A stretch of 61,525 nucleotides of DNA, filler included, from Sphacelaria rigidula (GCA_964200075.2; 8 parts of 8 records of this genome joined end to end with filler, not necessarily neighbours in it); one strand, 5' to 3'. Positions 12,667-25,082 are shown, numbered from the whole stretch's first letter. Program-made: numbers and translations. Notes: generated by a model from the letters alone, not told the origin.

Positions 12667-13515
12667 CGAAAAGCACGTGCAAGTGTATACGGTGTTTGTA
12701 GTCCGTTTTCATGTTCGATCTTGAACCGGGAGTGGCGCTATGGCGCGCCTTATTGCCCGTGGCACCATGTTGCCCACGCAGTATTACGAAGTCCGTTCTT
12801 GCTTGACCTGTTGCGCTAAAAACCCTTTTGCTTTCCCTCGTTCAAAGCTCCATTATTGCATGTAGCTCACGTACTGTGTGGTTTCATTCGTCGCCGTATG
12901 TACAAACTCATTCCCTCCCGTTGTATCAATTTAGCTGTGTGAGTCTCAGTGCAGTCTGGTCATGGAAATGGCTGTAGTCGGTTGGTGCATCCTCTGCTAG
13001 TGGGCCCCTTCAATCAATTGGAGGTTCCTGTCCCTTTTGTGGGTTAGTTTTAGATTATGTTGAAATTGATAAATATGTTAGAGAGGCGGGTGACATGAAA
13101 GAGCTTTCATGGATGGATGTACATGGAGATGTGTCGAGTTCCACGGGGGAAAGCCGCATGCGCTGGGATACCCTGTTCCCCTTTACTCGTCGATTTCGAC
13201 GATTGTTGAGGTAACTCAACAATGACCATTTTGTTTCCACGCAAACAGTTGCGAAAGCCCAAAACTCAGACGTCAAGGTGGATACTGTGAAGCTAGATCG
13301 ACTGTGCCGCGGAGCCGGGCCCAGCTCTGTAAAACTAGCTTTAAATCACAACTCTTGAGATGGTAACTGGGAAAACACTTTTTTGTTCGCTATTTCAGGA
13401 TTCACACAACCGCCCCGGCCCCCCGACCCCACTATACAATTCACCCGGTGACATAAGAAACAAACTGACGGCCAAATTTGAGGTACGCATACAAAAGGTG
13501 TTGGGAAAAAATGCC

Positions 13516-13911
13516 CTAATGCAACCGTTGCATCTCTTCCACTCGGTGCACAACATCCTCTACAGTCCAAGACTTATTGCCATCTCGCGGATCGACAGTC
13601 ATGTGTCGTAGTGTCTCCTCTTGTTGCTCCCGGCCCATGTCCAAGTAAGATTCAACCAAGTCGCCGTCGATGAAGTTAGATGCAGGAGATGAGCGTCGTC
13701 CATTGGTGAACGATCGCCATTCATCATGACTGAAGCCCCCAATTCCCTTGACAACCTTGGTCATGGCGCTTTGCAGTTGATTGAGAACAACGTAGTTATC
13801 CTCTGTCAGCGTCAAAATTGCGCCAACCACACCGCTCACAGCCCCGTAAAGCAATGGTTGCCCAGTGACAAGGGGATTCTCCGCTCCGCTGGAGTTGACA
13901 GCCTCCGTGGA
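13516..13911 (-). CDS. DDB1: DNA damage-binding protein 1, terminal exon
   Basis: Acceptor TTCATCTAG, then a 132-codon exon containing LLYGAVSGVVG, VVKGIGGFSHDEWRSF, NFIDGDLVESYLD and VEEMQRLH*, which is the conserved DDB1 C-terminus. Confidence 0.95.
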   Translation of the reverse strand, partial: STEAVNSSGAENPLVTGQPLLYGAVSGVVGAILTLTEDNYVVLNQLQSAMTKVVKGIGGFSHDEWRSFTNGRRSSPASNFIDGDLVESYLDMGREQQEETLRHMTVDPRDGNKSWTVEDVVHRVEEMQRLH

Positions 13912-14099
13912 CTAGATGAAATGCACGCGTCGTAACAAAAGATATGCGGACAAAAACGCATGTCGTTAGATTATGCAGCCATTCGCATGTGAAAGGATCA
14001 CAACTCTGAGTCGTGACGATCGTTGGAATAGCCATGGCATTTTCCGAATGGAGTCGTATGAGTCGATTTTGAGCCGTCATATGCTGAACAGAGCCGCAT

Positions 14100-15300
14100 G
14101 AGTAAACTCGAATGATTTTACGAGTTGGTCCAGCCTAGAAGCGGATATGTAGGTTGCGGGCCCCGCTAACCTCAATTTTAAGAGTTGGACTTTCAAATTT
14201 GATACGGAGAATCAACAGCGCATAACAAAAATAATAAATATTTTTTTTTCATCAGTATCCAGCTCTCAGTAAAATGTCGTTGAATTAATGAAGAAAAAAC
14301 ACTCGGGGTCCTGAAAGACGAGTTTTTATTATGCTCTACTCATTCTTCGTACCAAATTCAAAAGTCTAACTCTCAAAATTGAGGTGAGGCGGGCTGATTT
14401 AAAAACCGGGCCTGTCGAAACTCAGGACAGTATTATGCAGGACACTCACCGACCCAGGTTTGGTACTTGTATTCTGAAATCCTGTGTAGCACCTTGCTGG
14501 GGCATGATGAACAAAAAAAATGAACAGCTTTGTTTTCCAATATTTCAACGATTCGAGGATGTGTTAATACAGCAAATACCATTCTTCACGAGAACGCCGT
14601 TGACTCCTTCCCCCCTCCCCCCCCTCCTCCCGAGGTAATGAGTACACTCCTCGAGGTCAATGGTCTTATGACTTTGGCATGCCATGATCGTGACTACCCC
14701 CCCCTCCGCAGAAAAAAAAAAATAATAGATTTTTTTTTTGGCATACCTTTGCGATTCTCCGTGTCAAGTTTCAAATCACGATTCTAAACTTGAGCTGGAA
14801 AATTGAGATAGGGGCCAACAAAAATGCCCATTTTTGCTTGCGGGCTGGTCCGGCCTGGAAACGGATTTATAGCTGGCAGGCCGGCCCCGCATCACCTCAA
14901 TTTTGATAAATTGATTCAAAAATTGGAACGGAGAATGAAGAGGGCATTATGAATGAAAAAAAGATCTCTGGACAGTAGTTTTTTTTTCTTCATGAGTTGA
15001 CTGTATTTTACTGAAAACGGAAAACTGACTCCGAGCTGGTCCAGCCTAGAAACGTGTTCAAGCATTCAAAGTAATATCTCATCGACACACACGAGTTGGG
15101 CCATGATCCGCATATCGTATTTATCGTCGAGTCAAGCAAAAGGTGCCCATACGCTCAAAAATCTGGGCCAACTTTTTCTCCTTGATTAAACGCCATACCT
15201 AGGCATCCATACACCGTACGGAGATAGAGTCCATAATAAGGTCTATATAGTCAGCGTCAGAAGTTTTCAGAATTCGTAGTCGTCCTTTTTTCTGAGTTTT
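14100..15300. repeat. Dispersed repeat family D with internal inverted segments (probable non-autonomous DNA transposon pieces)
   Basis: GAGCTGGTCCAGCCTAGAAACG...ATCTCATCGACAC...GAGTTGGGCC and GAGTTGGACTTTCAAATTTG blocks recur at 44050-45580 and 54995-55990. 14170-14212 is inverted relative to 14345-14392. Confidence 0.7.
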
Positions 15301-15407
15301 TCTGGAGNNNNNNNNNNNNNNNNNNNNNNNNNNNNNNNNNNNNNNNNNNNNTTAATTAATTAANNNNNNNNNNNNNNNNNNNNNNNNNNNNNNNNNNNNN
15401 NNNNNNN

Positions 15408-15466
15408 CTCTTACATATCTTATCCCCGTCCTGTTTCGCCGTCTCTGGCCACCATCTATCCCCTAG
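15408..15466 (-). mobile_element. Repeat family B, 5' part, cut by contig start
   Basis: Reverse complement of CTAGGGGATAGATGGTGGCCAGAGACGGCGAAACAGGACGGGGATAAG. A near-identical fragment opens the contig at 30814. Confidence 0.75.
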
Positions 15467-15689
15467 TATAGCCATCGTGGTGGGGGGCAACTAAAAAAAA
15501 AAACTAGACACCCTCATAGACCACCACCACAGCTGTTGGTAAGACCGCAGATGTACTAGTGAGTGTACTACCCGATGGACCACTGGATACTTTTCGAAGG
15601 TCCTCGGTATGCACTGGGGGAGCTCTACTGGTAGCACAGGAAAACGTTCCTCGGCTTGGCGTGCTTTCGCCACAGCATATTAACAGCAA

Positions 15690-15880
15690 TGAACACTACA
15701 CGGGGTGACAAAACCCCGTGAAGCGTACTGGGTGACGCAAAAAATACCCTCCAGCTAAATCTCCGTGAGAAATACTGCACAGTTTCCCTGAAACCCTGTG
15801 AAGCGTCCTGTGTGGCGCAAGGAAATACCCTACAGCCAAACCCCCGCGAGAAACACTACACAGTTTCTCTGAACCCTGTA
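15690..15880. repeat. Degenerate ~80-nt tandem repeat (about 2.3 units)
   Basis: GTGAAGCGT...AAATACCCT.CAGC.AAA...GAGAAA.ACT.CACAGTTT recurs. Confidence 0.6.
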
Positions 15881-16399
15881 GACGTACCCCACAGGGTGCT
15901 TTCTGTCCACGTGTGCACGTTACGAAGCTTCCATTTCATAAGCTCCAAAGACACATTACCCCACTTTCCTCCCCCACGTAGTCTTCAAATAGTGGGACAC
16001 CCATGAGGCAGTGCGTAAGCCGTGGCTGTCTCTGGAAGTGGGGATACTAGAATATGAAGCCATTCATTGAAGGCTGTCATTGAAATACAAGAAAATCAGT
16101 ACGCTTCGGGGCGAACAACCTTAGCAGGGTGTAATGCGTGGGGAACCGCGTGCCTAGAGGACCGCATCGTAGTTCAGAACACTCCAGGATCGACACTTTC
16201 AAATCCCACCGCGAATAACGAAACAAGAAAAGGCAAAAAATCAGTCTCCTGCGGCAGATGTACGAAACGTTCCGCAATCCCTCGGCAGAACAACATCGAA
16301 TCCTCGACCTAAACCGGCGTTGCATTCACCATCTTGACCAGGTAGCGGCGCTTTGTTTGCTGAGGTACCTGGTCCCCATATCGGTAACTTGACCCTCGG

Positions 16400-17290
16400 G
16401 CTTGACGTAATGTTTGCTGATTCTCCTCTCCTTGACCAGTGTATGGATAACGACGCAATAATGCTTGAACGTGTCACCGCTGGTGTCACATGGTGTCTTA
16501 AGTATCGAGGATAGCGGAGCAGCGGTGGTTCGGCGAGTGGTGTCTCCATTGGGTCGCCAACTTCATCCTATAGAGGTGTCACGGATTGCGCCGGCGATTC
16601 ACTGCCCGCCGGGATTCTCGCCAGCATCGTCCCTCCATGGGGCAGGGCACCGTCGTGTAGCATGTTCCGCTTGATGATGACGCTGACTCCCTCCAGAAGT
16701 TCGGCCACTTGTAGATTGCTCGAGACCCCGCTCGTGGTGGCATGGTCGCCAGGAACATGGGGCAGTTGAGCTAGTGTGGAGTTGTGATCGTAAAGGTCGC
16801 GCAGGATGCAATCGCCTTCGGGGCCGTTGTGACCCTCGCTGTCGCCAGGCTCCTCGTCGTTGTGTGAAAGCGAATATATCAGAAGCTGAGGCTTCCAGGA
16901 CGGCGCAAGGCATGACGGGGTCTCGATAAAAGTAATGCCCCTGCTCTCCATGATGCGTCGGGTGACCGGGTTGTAAACGTCACAGCTTTTGTTGCTTTCG
17001 TCGCTTATGGACTCACCCCTTTTTCAGCCTCCAGTCGTTCGACCCGAACGCCGCCGGGAATCACCATCGACTAGAGGAACAACTGGCATGCATATAGCGC
17101 GCCTTTCTTGGTCTTTCGTACGTAAATCACCCGTTTGATGTGCTCATCGGGGATCGTCAAGCATGCTTGAGGGCCCCGAGCGCCTGCGACCATGTGCTCG
17201 GTCGTCTTCGGGCGGGCTAGTTGGTGACTTTTCCCGACGGCGCAAAACGTTTCAACCCCGCGAACATTCACCGGAGATCACCCCACCATC
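16400..17290 (-). mobile_element. Degenerate Ty1/Copia pol remnant (pre-integrase, integrase fragment and downstream linker)
   Basis: Minus-strand translation FCAVGKSHQLARPKT (zinc-binding end), DEHIKRVIYVRKTKKGAL..QLFL*SMVIPGGVRVERLEAEKG (integrase core start), then VYNPVTRRIMESRGITFIETP (Copia post-integrase motif). Has stops and deletions. Confidence 0.8.
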
Positions 17291-19452
17291 CTCTATCTTT
17301 TTCACGCGGTTATCGTGCGGTTGCCTTGATAACTGAAGAGCTCGTACCTCGATGAGGGAATGATGGTAGCATAGAAGTAGAGTCCTGAAGCCTCCCTGTC
17401 CATCACGCCGACGGTGCTGTTATTGCCGCTGTTCCACTACCCTACGAGAGGTTCCGCTACGAGAGCTAACCAATCTTCCGCGTCGGTTGTGCCGCCAAGC
17501 ATCCAGGCTGGCTAAAAGTGTTGTTGTTCGACGTCTCTGTGTGATACAATGAGCTACCGCACGTCAGCCAGACGTTATGTATTGCCGTATACGGGCAAAT
17601 ATAGACAGCGCCCCGTTGATCGCCAGAACCCTGTTGTTGGCTCAGCTCTCAAACCCCAGTCCCTCGACTGGCCATTTAATTGTAGTGAGAACCGACCTTC
17701 ACAAACACAAATCACGTACCCCACTTCATTCAGGCGTCCTCCCAAAGTTTACTCATCCTACTTCTTTCAGGCCGCGACGAACTGCAAAAGTGTCAGACGT
17801 GAGCAAATATGCGCCTTCCTCCCGGAATTCGTGCTCTCTACTTCATTCAGGCCGCGACGCACTGCTGTACTGCCAGACGCGCACAGGTGTAGTGCCGCGC
17901 TTAAGTTTTACTCAACTCACATTAATACCACACAGAAATACCCTGGTTATCTTAACCTTTTTTCTTCGCCTTGATGGAAGGAAGAAACCCAATCCAACGC
18001 TAACACCGCAAGCGATCGCACGCCATCGCTGGCGAGTTCGTGTGCCGATTACCCGAAGGCTCGGCTAGAACACCTCGCGGCCGTCATGTGGGGAAGGCAC
18101 CTCGAGCGGTGGCTCGAGGCAGTGTGGTGATCTTGACTGGTACTGCTCCAAGCTCCGAAGTGCGCCGTGCGAACAAGAACGAAGTCCCATAACCCAATAA
18201 CCTGTTGGAACATCTCATTGGACGCTTTCAGTGTGGTCGTATATGCCGGCACTTGTGGTGGTTAGGCCACCCGAATAGACGCACCGCGTCCGGGGCATGG
18301 ACAGAAGATGCTGTTGATGGTTCCGCTTGCGAGCAAGAGGACAACCCGCTATGCTGTACAGTTTGTAGACGAGTACCGACCGGGGGTCAGACTCACTTGA
18401 GACGGAAATCGAGATGACAATCCCGCGATCTACGATGCTATTTCGCCTCATATCTCAATGTACATCAATGCTATTCAGGTATGATATTGTACTTGTTCCC
18501 TGATCCCACAAAGCACACCGCGTGAAGGCACGTTTACTTCATGAGCTCCAGAGGCTCATTCCCTACCACATTACTGCACAGAAGTGCGTGTTTTGTTTTT
18601 TGCATCCAATCTGTGAAAGTCTCATGTCCGAGAAAATACAGCAGCAGTTACATGGATTTGTTGAAGACATAACCTCGTCGGGGAATTGGTCGTGTCTAGG
18701 CACCACTCGACGGCACTCTTCAAGAGTGGGCGTGTTTGACACACGCACGATTGATAATTTCGTTGAGCTGTCATGAAGTGTATCACAATTTTGCTCAAGA
18801 GCCGCAGTTCAAATACAAGCACACAAACTGCGTTGTTCTAAACCTCAATAGGGCGATGGTCATGTTTTGGAAGCGCAATAACTACGGATATCGAGCAAGC
18901 GAGTCTCCATATCGCGACCCTGCTCGACTTCTTGATTCACTCAAGGTTCCTCGAAAAAGTTTTGCGTCATCTACCTAATGAACCCCTCACCTTGATGCGA
19001 ATTTCGCTCTTCCATCCAGCACGTTTGCGTCGTCGGGCTTCATCCTACACAGGCAGAACATGGAGGTTGTGTGAATGCTGGTCATGTCATTGTTCAACAG
19101 AGCAGATTCACGGTGATTATGACTAGCCTGTTGAAATATGCATCTCTTGGTAGTTGATTTGCACAAAATGGGGGAGTGAGGGCCTCATGTTCTATTTCAA
19201 GGGAATATTTGGCGGTTTTTCCGCTAAGATTGCATGATGGCGTTTCCGGCAGCAATCCCACGTGATACTTGACGTTAACGTGCTTTTGGGTGGTGCATTG
19301 TGTACGCCAAATACTGTTGCTAACGCTGGTAGTATTGCATGACGAAGACATCGCCGAGGGCCACATTGGGCTGTGCTACAAAACCCAGAAGTCACTCACG
19401 TGATTGGTCGTGTATTCATTGTTCGTCCCGTTCGCGTTTATCACGCAAGCAG

Positions 19453-19986
19453 GTGGTGTACATCCTCGGGCTACTCGCGCTCATGCTCTACTACGCCAAC
19501 TTCCGGCTTTGGCCCGTGTTTATCCCCATGGCGTTCGAGGCTGCTTGCATCGTGTATCTCACATTCTACAAGATCTACCTAGAGGTGTACTTGCCGTCGC
19601 GGCAAAAAAAAAACACCACGGGACCATGCTCCAGGCCGTCTCAGAAGAGTAGCATTAAACAGCTTCCTGCGACTGTCAGAAATTTCGCCATCGCTGACAT
19701 GGATGGGTCTAGGTCGTCTAGAAGTCGGAGCTTGGGTTGTGCTGGGGACGTGGACGACTTTTCCCTGTGTTTGTCTTGCGGACAGAACATGGACGGAGCA
19801 AAAGCACGTTTCGAACGTTCGATCAGTGGTAGTCACATCCTAAGAAAAACCTCTCGTGGTGTGGGCACCCCCTCCGTTGGAACAAGTACTCCAGGTACGG
19901 CATCGGCGCGCTCGAAACGTCATTGGTCACTAGAGTCGGCGGCTGAAAGTGTACTGGAGGAGGAGGACAACGAGCAGGGAGTATAG
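19453..19986 (+). CDS. Probable coding exon of a membrane protein resembling the second half of a PQ-loop/SemiSWEET-type repeat, with a Ser-rich tail; upstream exons unresolved
   Basis: CAG acceptor then VVYILGLLALMLYYANFRLWPVFIPMAFEAACIVYLTFYKIYLE (two hydrophobic segments), open to the stop at 19986. The family call is pattern recognition only; no PQ-containing exon was found. Confidence 0.5.
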   Translation: MVYILGLLALMLYYANFRLWPVFIPMAFEAACIVYLTFYKIYLEVYLPSRQKKNTTGPCSRPSQKSSIKQLPATVRNFAIADMDGSRSSRSRSLGCAGDVDDFSLCLSCGQNMDGAKARFERSISGSHILRKTSRGVGTPSVGTSTPGTASARSKRHWSLESAAESVLEEEDNEQGV

Positions 19987-21300
19987 AGGTTTCGCAATTC
20001 GTCCTACCGTTGTAGCGCGCAAACTTTACACGCCCTGCCTTATCGTCGTTTGTGGTGTGAACGAGCTGTCGTGTGCAGTTGTTTGTGGTGGTGTCCACAA
20101 GCTGGAACCTTCCAAGGGGCACAGGGCGCTTTAACGGAGATACCATGTACCTCGGTTGCTGATGTACACGGAATCATTTGAACCGTACTGTGACGCGAAC
20201 TTACGGACACTCCTTCGCCTTTTCAAATCAGGCACGGTGGCATGTAGAAGCTGCAGTTTCATTGTGCGTGACAACTATTATCGATACTTACTACATTATT
20301 TCATCCCTGTTACCGTCGCTCATTTAAATCTTTTGAAGTACGCGAGAATCCTCCCTCGTGTGACATGCTATCAAGCGCGTCCTGCGGTCACGCCCGAGGG
20401 GTCAAGCACACCGCGTAGCAGGTGCATAGAGGAAGCCCATTGGTTAGAACTAACACGAGAGAGCCGTTGTCGGCGGCTGTTCAAGGTGATAACTTGGATG
20501 GGCACACAACAACGTGTGGGGTTCGACGTTCAGAGGAACAGCGAGTATTCGTTTTGCTTGTTTGCCTGATATTCTCGATATTTCAATTCATTGTCATGTT
20601 GATGGGTTCCTCCTGGCTTGGTCCCTTCGCGGTGTGATAATAAGGCTTTACTAGCTGAGTGTATTGTAGAGTTTTACTACCTAAGGCTCGTCTCTTTTTC
20701 ATCAATATCGTCAACTCTTGAATCGAACGTTTCAGGAGAACGTCGATAAAGAGTTGGTGGCATGGCTTGTGTTCACTTGGAAGTTCAGTGGAATCACTGA
20801 CATCACGAGTAGCGAGACTTTTGGTAGGACGTTCGTAGAGGTGTTGATAACATGGCAGACGGTTGCCCAATGTTTCACACCATTCGGGAAACATGTGCGC
20901 CCAACGTACATACTGATAGAGCGATTTGGTAGATGATAGATTTCGTGTGATTGGTAAAGCATTGCGTTGTTTCTCGGCAAAAACAAAGCTCGTCAGGGGC
21001 GTCATTTTATCGGACAGGTTATTTATCAACGGAAAATGGTGGAGTAGCGAGATTGCTCGGAATCCGCTGTGAAGCGGTGACTTCGACAAAGAGCTGCTGT
21101 AGACCTTCGTTGCCATCACGGTAGTCGGGTCACCGCATGTATGGGTAATGCCCATGTATCGTTGAGCAACCAGCATACGCCATGCGCCGATGGCCAAATA
21201 GTGCTATGCATCGTCAATCATTTGAGGCGGGTGTGATGGGTTCGAGGGCCAAACCTAACCCTAAGTGTGTTAATTACGTTTCCGTCGTTCAAAAATATGC

Positions 21301-21389
21301 AGAGGGTAGACGAAACTAAAGTTGATGAGAGAGAGTAGACGAAAATAAAGTTGATGAGAGAGGGTAGACGAAACTAAAGTTGATGAGAG
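21301..21389. repeat. 29-nt minisatellite, 3 copies
   Basis: AGAGGGTAGACGAAACTAAAGTTGATGAG x3, contiguous, with no spacers. Confidence 0.9.
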
Positions 21390-22179
21390 TGGGCATGGTG
21401 CGAATATGCTGGTGGTCGTGATCCAATGGTTAGTCGTAAAGTTTAAAGTACGTATCGAGGCAGACATCATTATTCGTATCTGTTGAGACAACGGTGTCGT
21501 CGTCCTGACAATGGATGGTTTATAGAGTTATTCTCAATAATGCATTTTCAATAATGGAAAACGGAAAGGGTCGCTTTCTTACTTTGTTTTCCGGGGGGGG
21601 GGGCAATGCACGACTCGTTTTTCAAGGCGATATTCATTTCAGATGTGGGAAGTAGGCACTAACAAAAATGATCAGAGGTGCTTGTTTTGTACGATTTGGT
21701 GCAAGGATAACCCCGATACTGAAAACAACACGATCGCACTGCACTGATCGCGCTGCAGATACGACGTTTTTACTGTTGAGGGTGATGGCATCAGGCACGT
21801 GCACTGCTGTCACCGCACGAAAGTACAACGCGATATGGAACTCGGTACGTGAGCACGAAATGCTCACAATAAAACTGTTGTTTCCCCCATTTGTTCCGGT
21901 GTGAAATGAAACAAGCGATGAAATGTTTTGGTAGATATACCTACTGTTTACAACGGGCCTTGACCCTTCGACCGCCAGGGTGAGTCATTTCGGTTCATCC
22001 TCCTGTGTTTTTTTCTGTGGAAACATGAAGAAAAATGCTATCGAATCAGTGTAAAACATTGCCCCTCTACTGCACCTTCAGGGAGACCAGAGACCCCCAA
22101 AGAGTTGAAAAACTGAGCACAAAGATCGTGGACATAGACACCGCCATTTCGCCGCCCTTAGATGACCCCCCCCCCCCCG

Positions 22180-22522
22180 CTAGGGAGATGATCGTACTGC
22201 GTAGTGTTTATATGGTGAGACACCCATGAGGCGGTGTATAAGCCGTGGCTGTCTCTGGAAGTGGCGATACTAGAGAATGGAGAAATTCATTGGAGGCTGT
22301 CATCCAAACGCACGATGATCAGTACGCTTCGGGGCGAGCTATATCAGCAGGATACAGCCAGCCCACCCTTCACGCGACTCGACGAACACATCACGGCGGT
22401 TTGCGTTTAGTGGTTAACTGCAAGCCCGCCCCGGCGAAACTTCGGCGCGCTCCGTCCCGGCTTAGTAGGGGTGCGAGATCAAGGGTCATATGACTATGGC
22501 ATGCAAGATCATAAGCATATCC

Positions 22523-22565
<43 letters not shown>
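22180..22565 (+). mobile_element. Repeat family A, longest copy (~340 nt), between C-runs
   Basis: C13 then CTAGGGAGATGATCG...GGCTGTCTCTGGAAGTGGCGATAC...GGTCATATGACTATGGCATGCAAGATCAT then poly(C). A second, truncated copy follows at ~22725-22975. Confidence 0.8.
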
Positions 22566-24954
22566 ACAAAAAAACCACCCCCCCCCCCCCCCCCCACCCC
22601 CCCGACCTCCAAAAACAAAAAAACACAAAAAAAAAAAAANNNNNNNNNTCCCCCCCCCCCCGCCCCGCCCCGCCCCGCCCCGCCTCCCGGACTCGAACGA
22701 CGGCACCCCTCACCCTCCCTCGAGCCCGGTCTCTGTAAGTGGCGATACCAGGAAATGATGCAACTCATTCAACGCAATCAGCACGCTTCGGGCCGAAGAG
22801 CCTTAGCAGGATGCAGCTTACCCTTCATACGACTCGCCGAACACATCACGGCGGTTCGCGCTTGGTGATTGATTGCGAACCTGGCCTGGCGAAACCCGGC
22901 ATGCTCCGTCCCGGCTTTGTAGGGGTGCGAGGTCAAGGGTCATATGACTATGGCATGCAAGATCATGAGCACCCCGACCGCGACGCACGACCCCACCCAC
23001 CCCCACACCCNNNNNNNNNNNNNNNNNNNNNNNNNNNNNNNNNNNNNNNNNNNNTTAATTAATTAANNNNNNNNNNNNNNNNNNNNNNNNNNNNNNNNNN
23101 NNNNNNNNNNCGGACGGCCTATCCCGCACGGCGTTGCCGCGGTTGGAGGGCGGGGGGGGGGGGCGTCTCCGCAGAGCATCGGAGAAGCTCACGCACACAA
23201 CCATGTCTGTTTGAGAGTTTCCCGCGGAAATTATGAGTCGTGCACGAGGCCCGACAGGCGCGGGATGACCAACCATTCTTAACAATCATGGTCGTCAAAA
23301 TGAGCACTTTTGTTCCGGTAGCATGAGACTGCATAAGGCCGTATCTCATTTCTTCGACTCGAATGAGTTCGTGCGGCGGAATTGATTCACTTCGCTTCGC
23401 TATGTTTGGGTCCGAGCGAATTTGCACGCTTTGAATCGAAAAGACTCAGTGAAATTCGGGAAACGGCACTTCTTTACTTATATATAGTACGGTACAGACA
23501 GTACAGACTGTACAACAGTGGCGGCCTGTACTTTTACAGTTGTTGTGGAGATAGTAAATAGTGTGTGTTGATTCGCACAGCATGCGAGCGCGATGTCGAA
23601 AAGAAGCGGGGAGCGCGACATACAGACAGCACAGCTTTCTGACTCTATGCATACAGGAAGATGCGAGGTACATTTGAAATACCAGTAGTTTTGCACCGCC
23701 TCTAATGTCCATGAGCGCGTTGGCAATAAGATCACCCACCCCAACACGCAACTCAGTCGGTGGACCCTGCCACAAGACCCTGCCACAAAATTAGATGCCC
23801 AAGTTTTTGCCAACAAGAAGAAACACATCATGCCAAAAGTGTGGTGGTGTCGGTCCCCTATCTCCGCAGTGTTACAGTATATACCCCTGCGCTCAGTTCG
23901 TGATCTATGCCGCAGGGTTGAGTAGGCAGCTGCGAATGAACCATAAGGGTTTTGCGTAAATCTGTGAAAGGGTAGTATCTGGCAAAGTTGGCTGCAACAC
24001 AGGAGTTACGTGCCCCTTCGTTCATTCCGCCGCTCGTTTCTCTCGAAAAGGCTAAGCTTTTCTGTTTTTGACCCTGCCTGTCGCCAGGTATTGAAGAAAC
24101 GACGACAGAGTTGTTGCAAGGTCGCGTATCATTGACGAGAGCACAGAGAGTTTTTCCCTATGAAAATCCGCGCTTTCCCGCCCGCAAACTGTTTCAGATG
24201 CCTGCTTTTCTATTTAGAACGTAAACCTGTCTATGTCAGTTCCGTTCTACACTGCTTGCTTCATGCCAATCCCAACATAGTTCGGTATTGCTGTTGGACA
24301 GTATCTTCGCATGTTTGACCGAACCCACAGCGGTCACTTTCCCGCAGCTCTCCAGGGTTCTTTACATTCTGTGGATTGAACTCGAAAAATGGCACTGTTT
24401 CATTTACAACGCTTGTCAATTTCGGTGTTGTTACGAGCATGGTGATTGTACAAACGACCGTCTGTACAGACAGTAGAGCAGCAAAAGCTAGTTATGACCG
24501 GGTTTGTCTGACGTACTGCCGCCAACGTTGCTTGAAAGCTCCAAGACCTTTGCGGTCGGCGGTTGATGGCGTGGGTCTCAAATGCAACAGCAAGGTGTTG
24601 ATCATAGAGCACTCTTGTTTCTCGTGAGACCTATCTCGCGCCAGCTTGTAATGAATGTCCTCCTCACATGGGACCTCTCGATAGCTATCTCGACACACGC
24701 AGCGGGTGGGTGGGTGCTCCAGATTGCAGCATGAAGGCACCTCCATGCGCCACGCCAGCAACAGTAAGGTCACCATCTTACGTATCTTTTTTCACTCTGC
24801 ACGAGAACGAGGTCTCTGCAAGTGTTTGATCTCTCATACATCCCCCCAACTGGCGTGTGGCACGCTCTTGCCGTCGCGCACGCACAGGTACACTTGCCGG
24901 GTAAAATCAACGATGAATAATATCCAGCGTCTTTGCTGGCATGTGTGTGACAGA

Positions 24955-25082
24955 GAATAGTAGCAGTGACGGGAACATCGCCCTGTTTTTCAACAACGTG
25001 TTCTGCAGCGCACGGAGGCGCGTCCTGTCCGAAATAAGAGGCAGAGAGGAGTCGACCTTTGCATTGGTAAGCTCCACAAAAA
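24955..25082. repeat. Dispersed repeat with an inverted homolog at ~27925-28055
   Basis: GTGTTCTGCAGCGCAC...GTCCTGTCCGAAATAAGAGGCAG...CCTTTGCATTGGT versus ACCAGTGCAAAGG...CTGCCCCTATTTGGACAGGAC...GTGCGCTACAGAAC. Confidence 0.6.

Noticed and set aside
15440..15470. Helitron reading of family B (CTAG followed by T on the opposite strand)
   Set aside because: No TC 5' end after A and no convincing subterminal hairpin. The coding frame and polarised truncation favour a retroposon, though this is not fully excluded.
21301..21389. 29-nt repeats as a CRISPR array
   Set aside because: Units are contiguous with no unique spacers, there are no cas genes, and the context is eukaryotic.
22391..22768. 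Pro- or Gly-rich ORFs over C/G runs, and His-Thr or Val-Cys ORFs over (CA)n
   Set aside because: They are translations of homopolymers, microsatellites and low-quality sequence near gaps.
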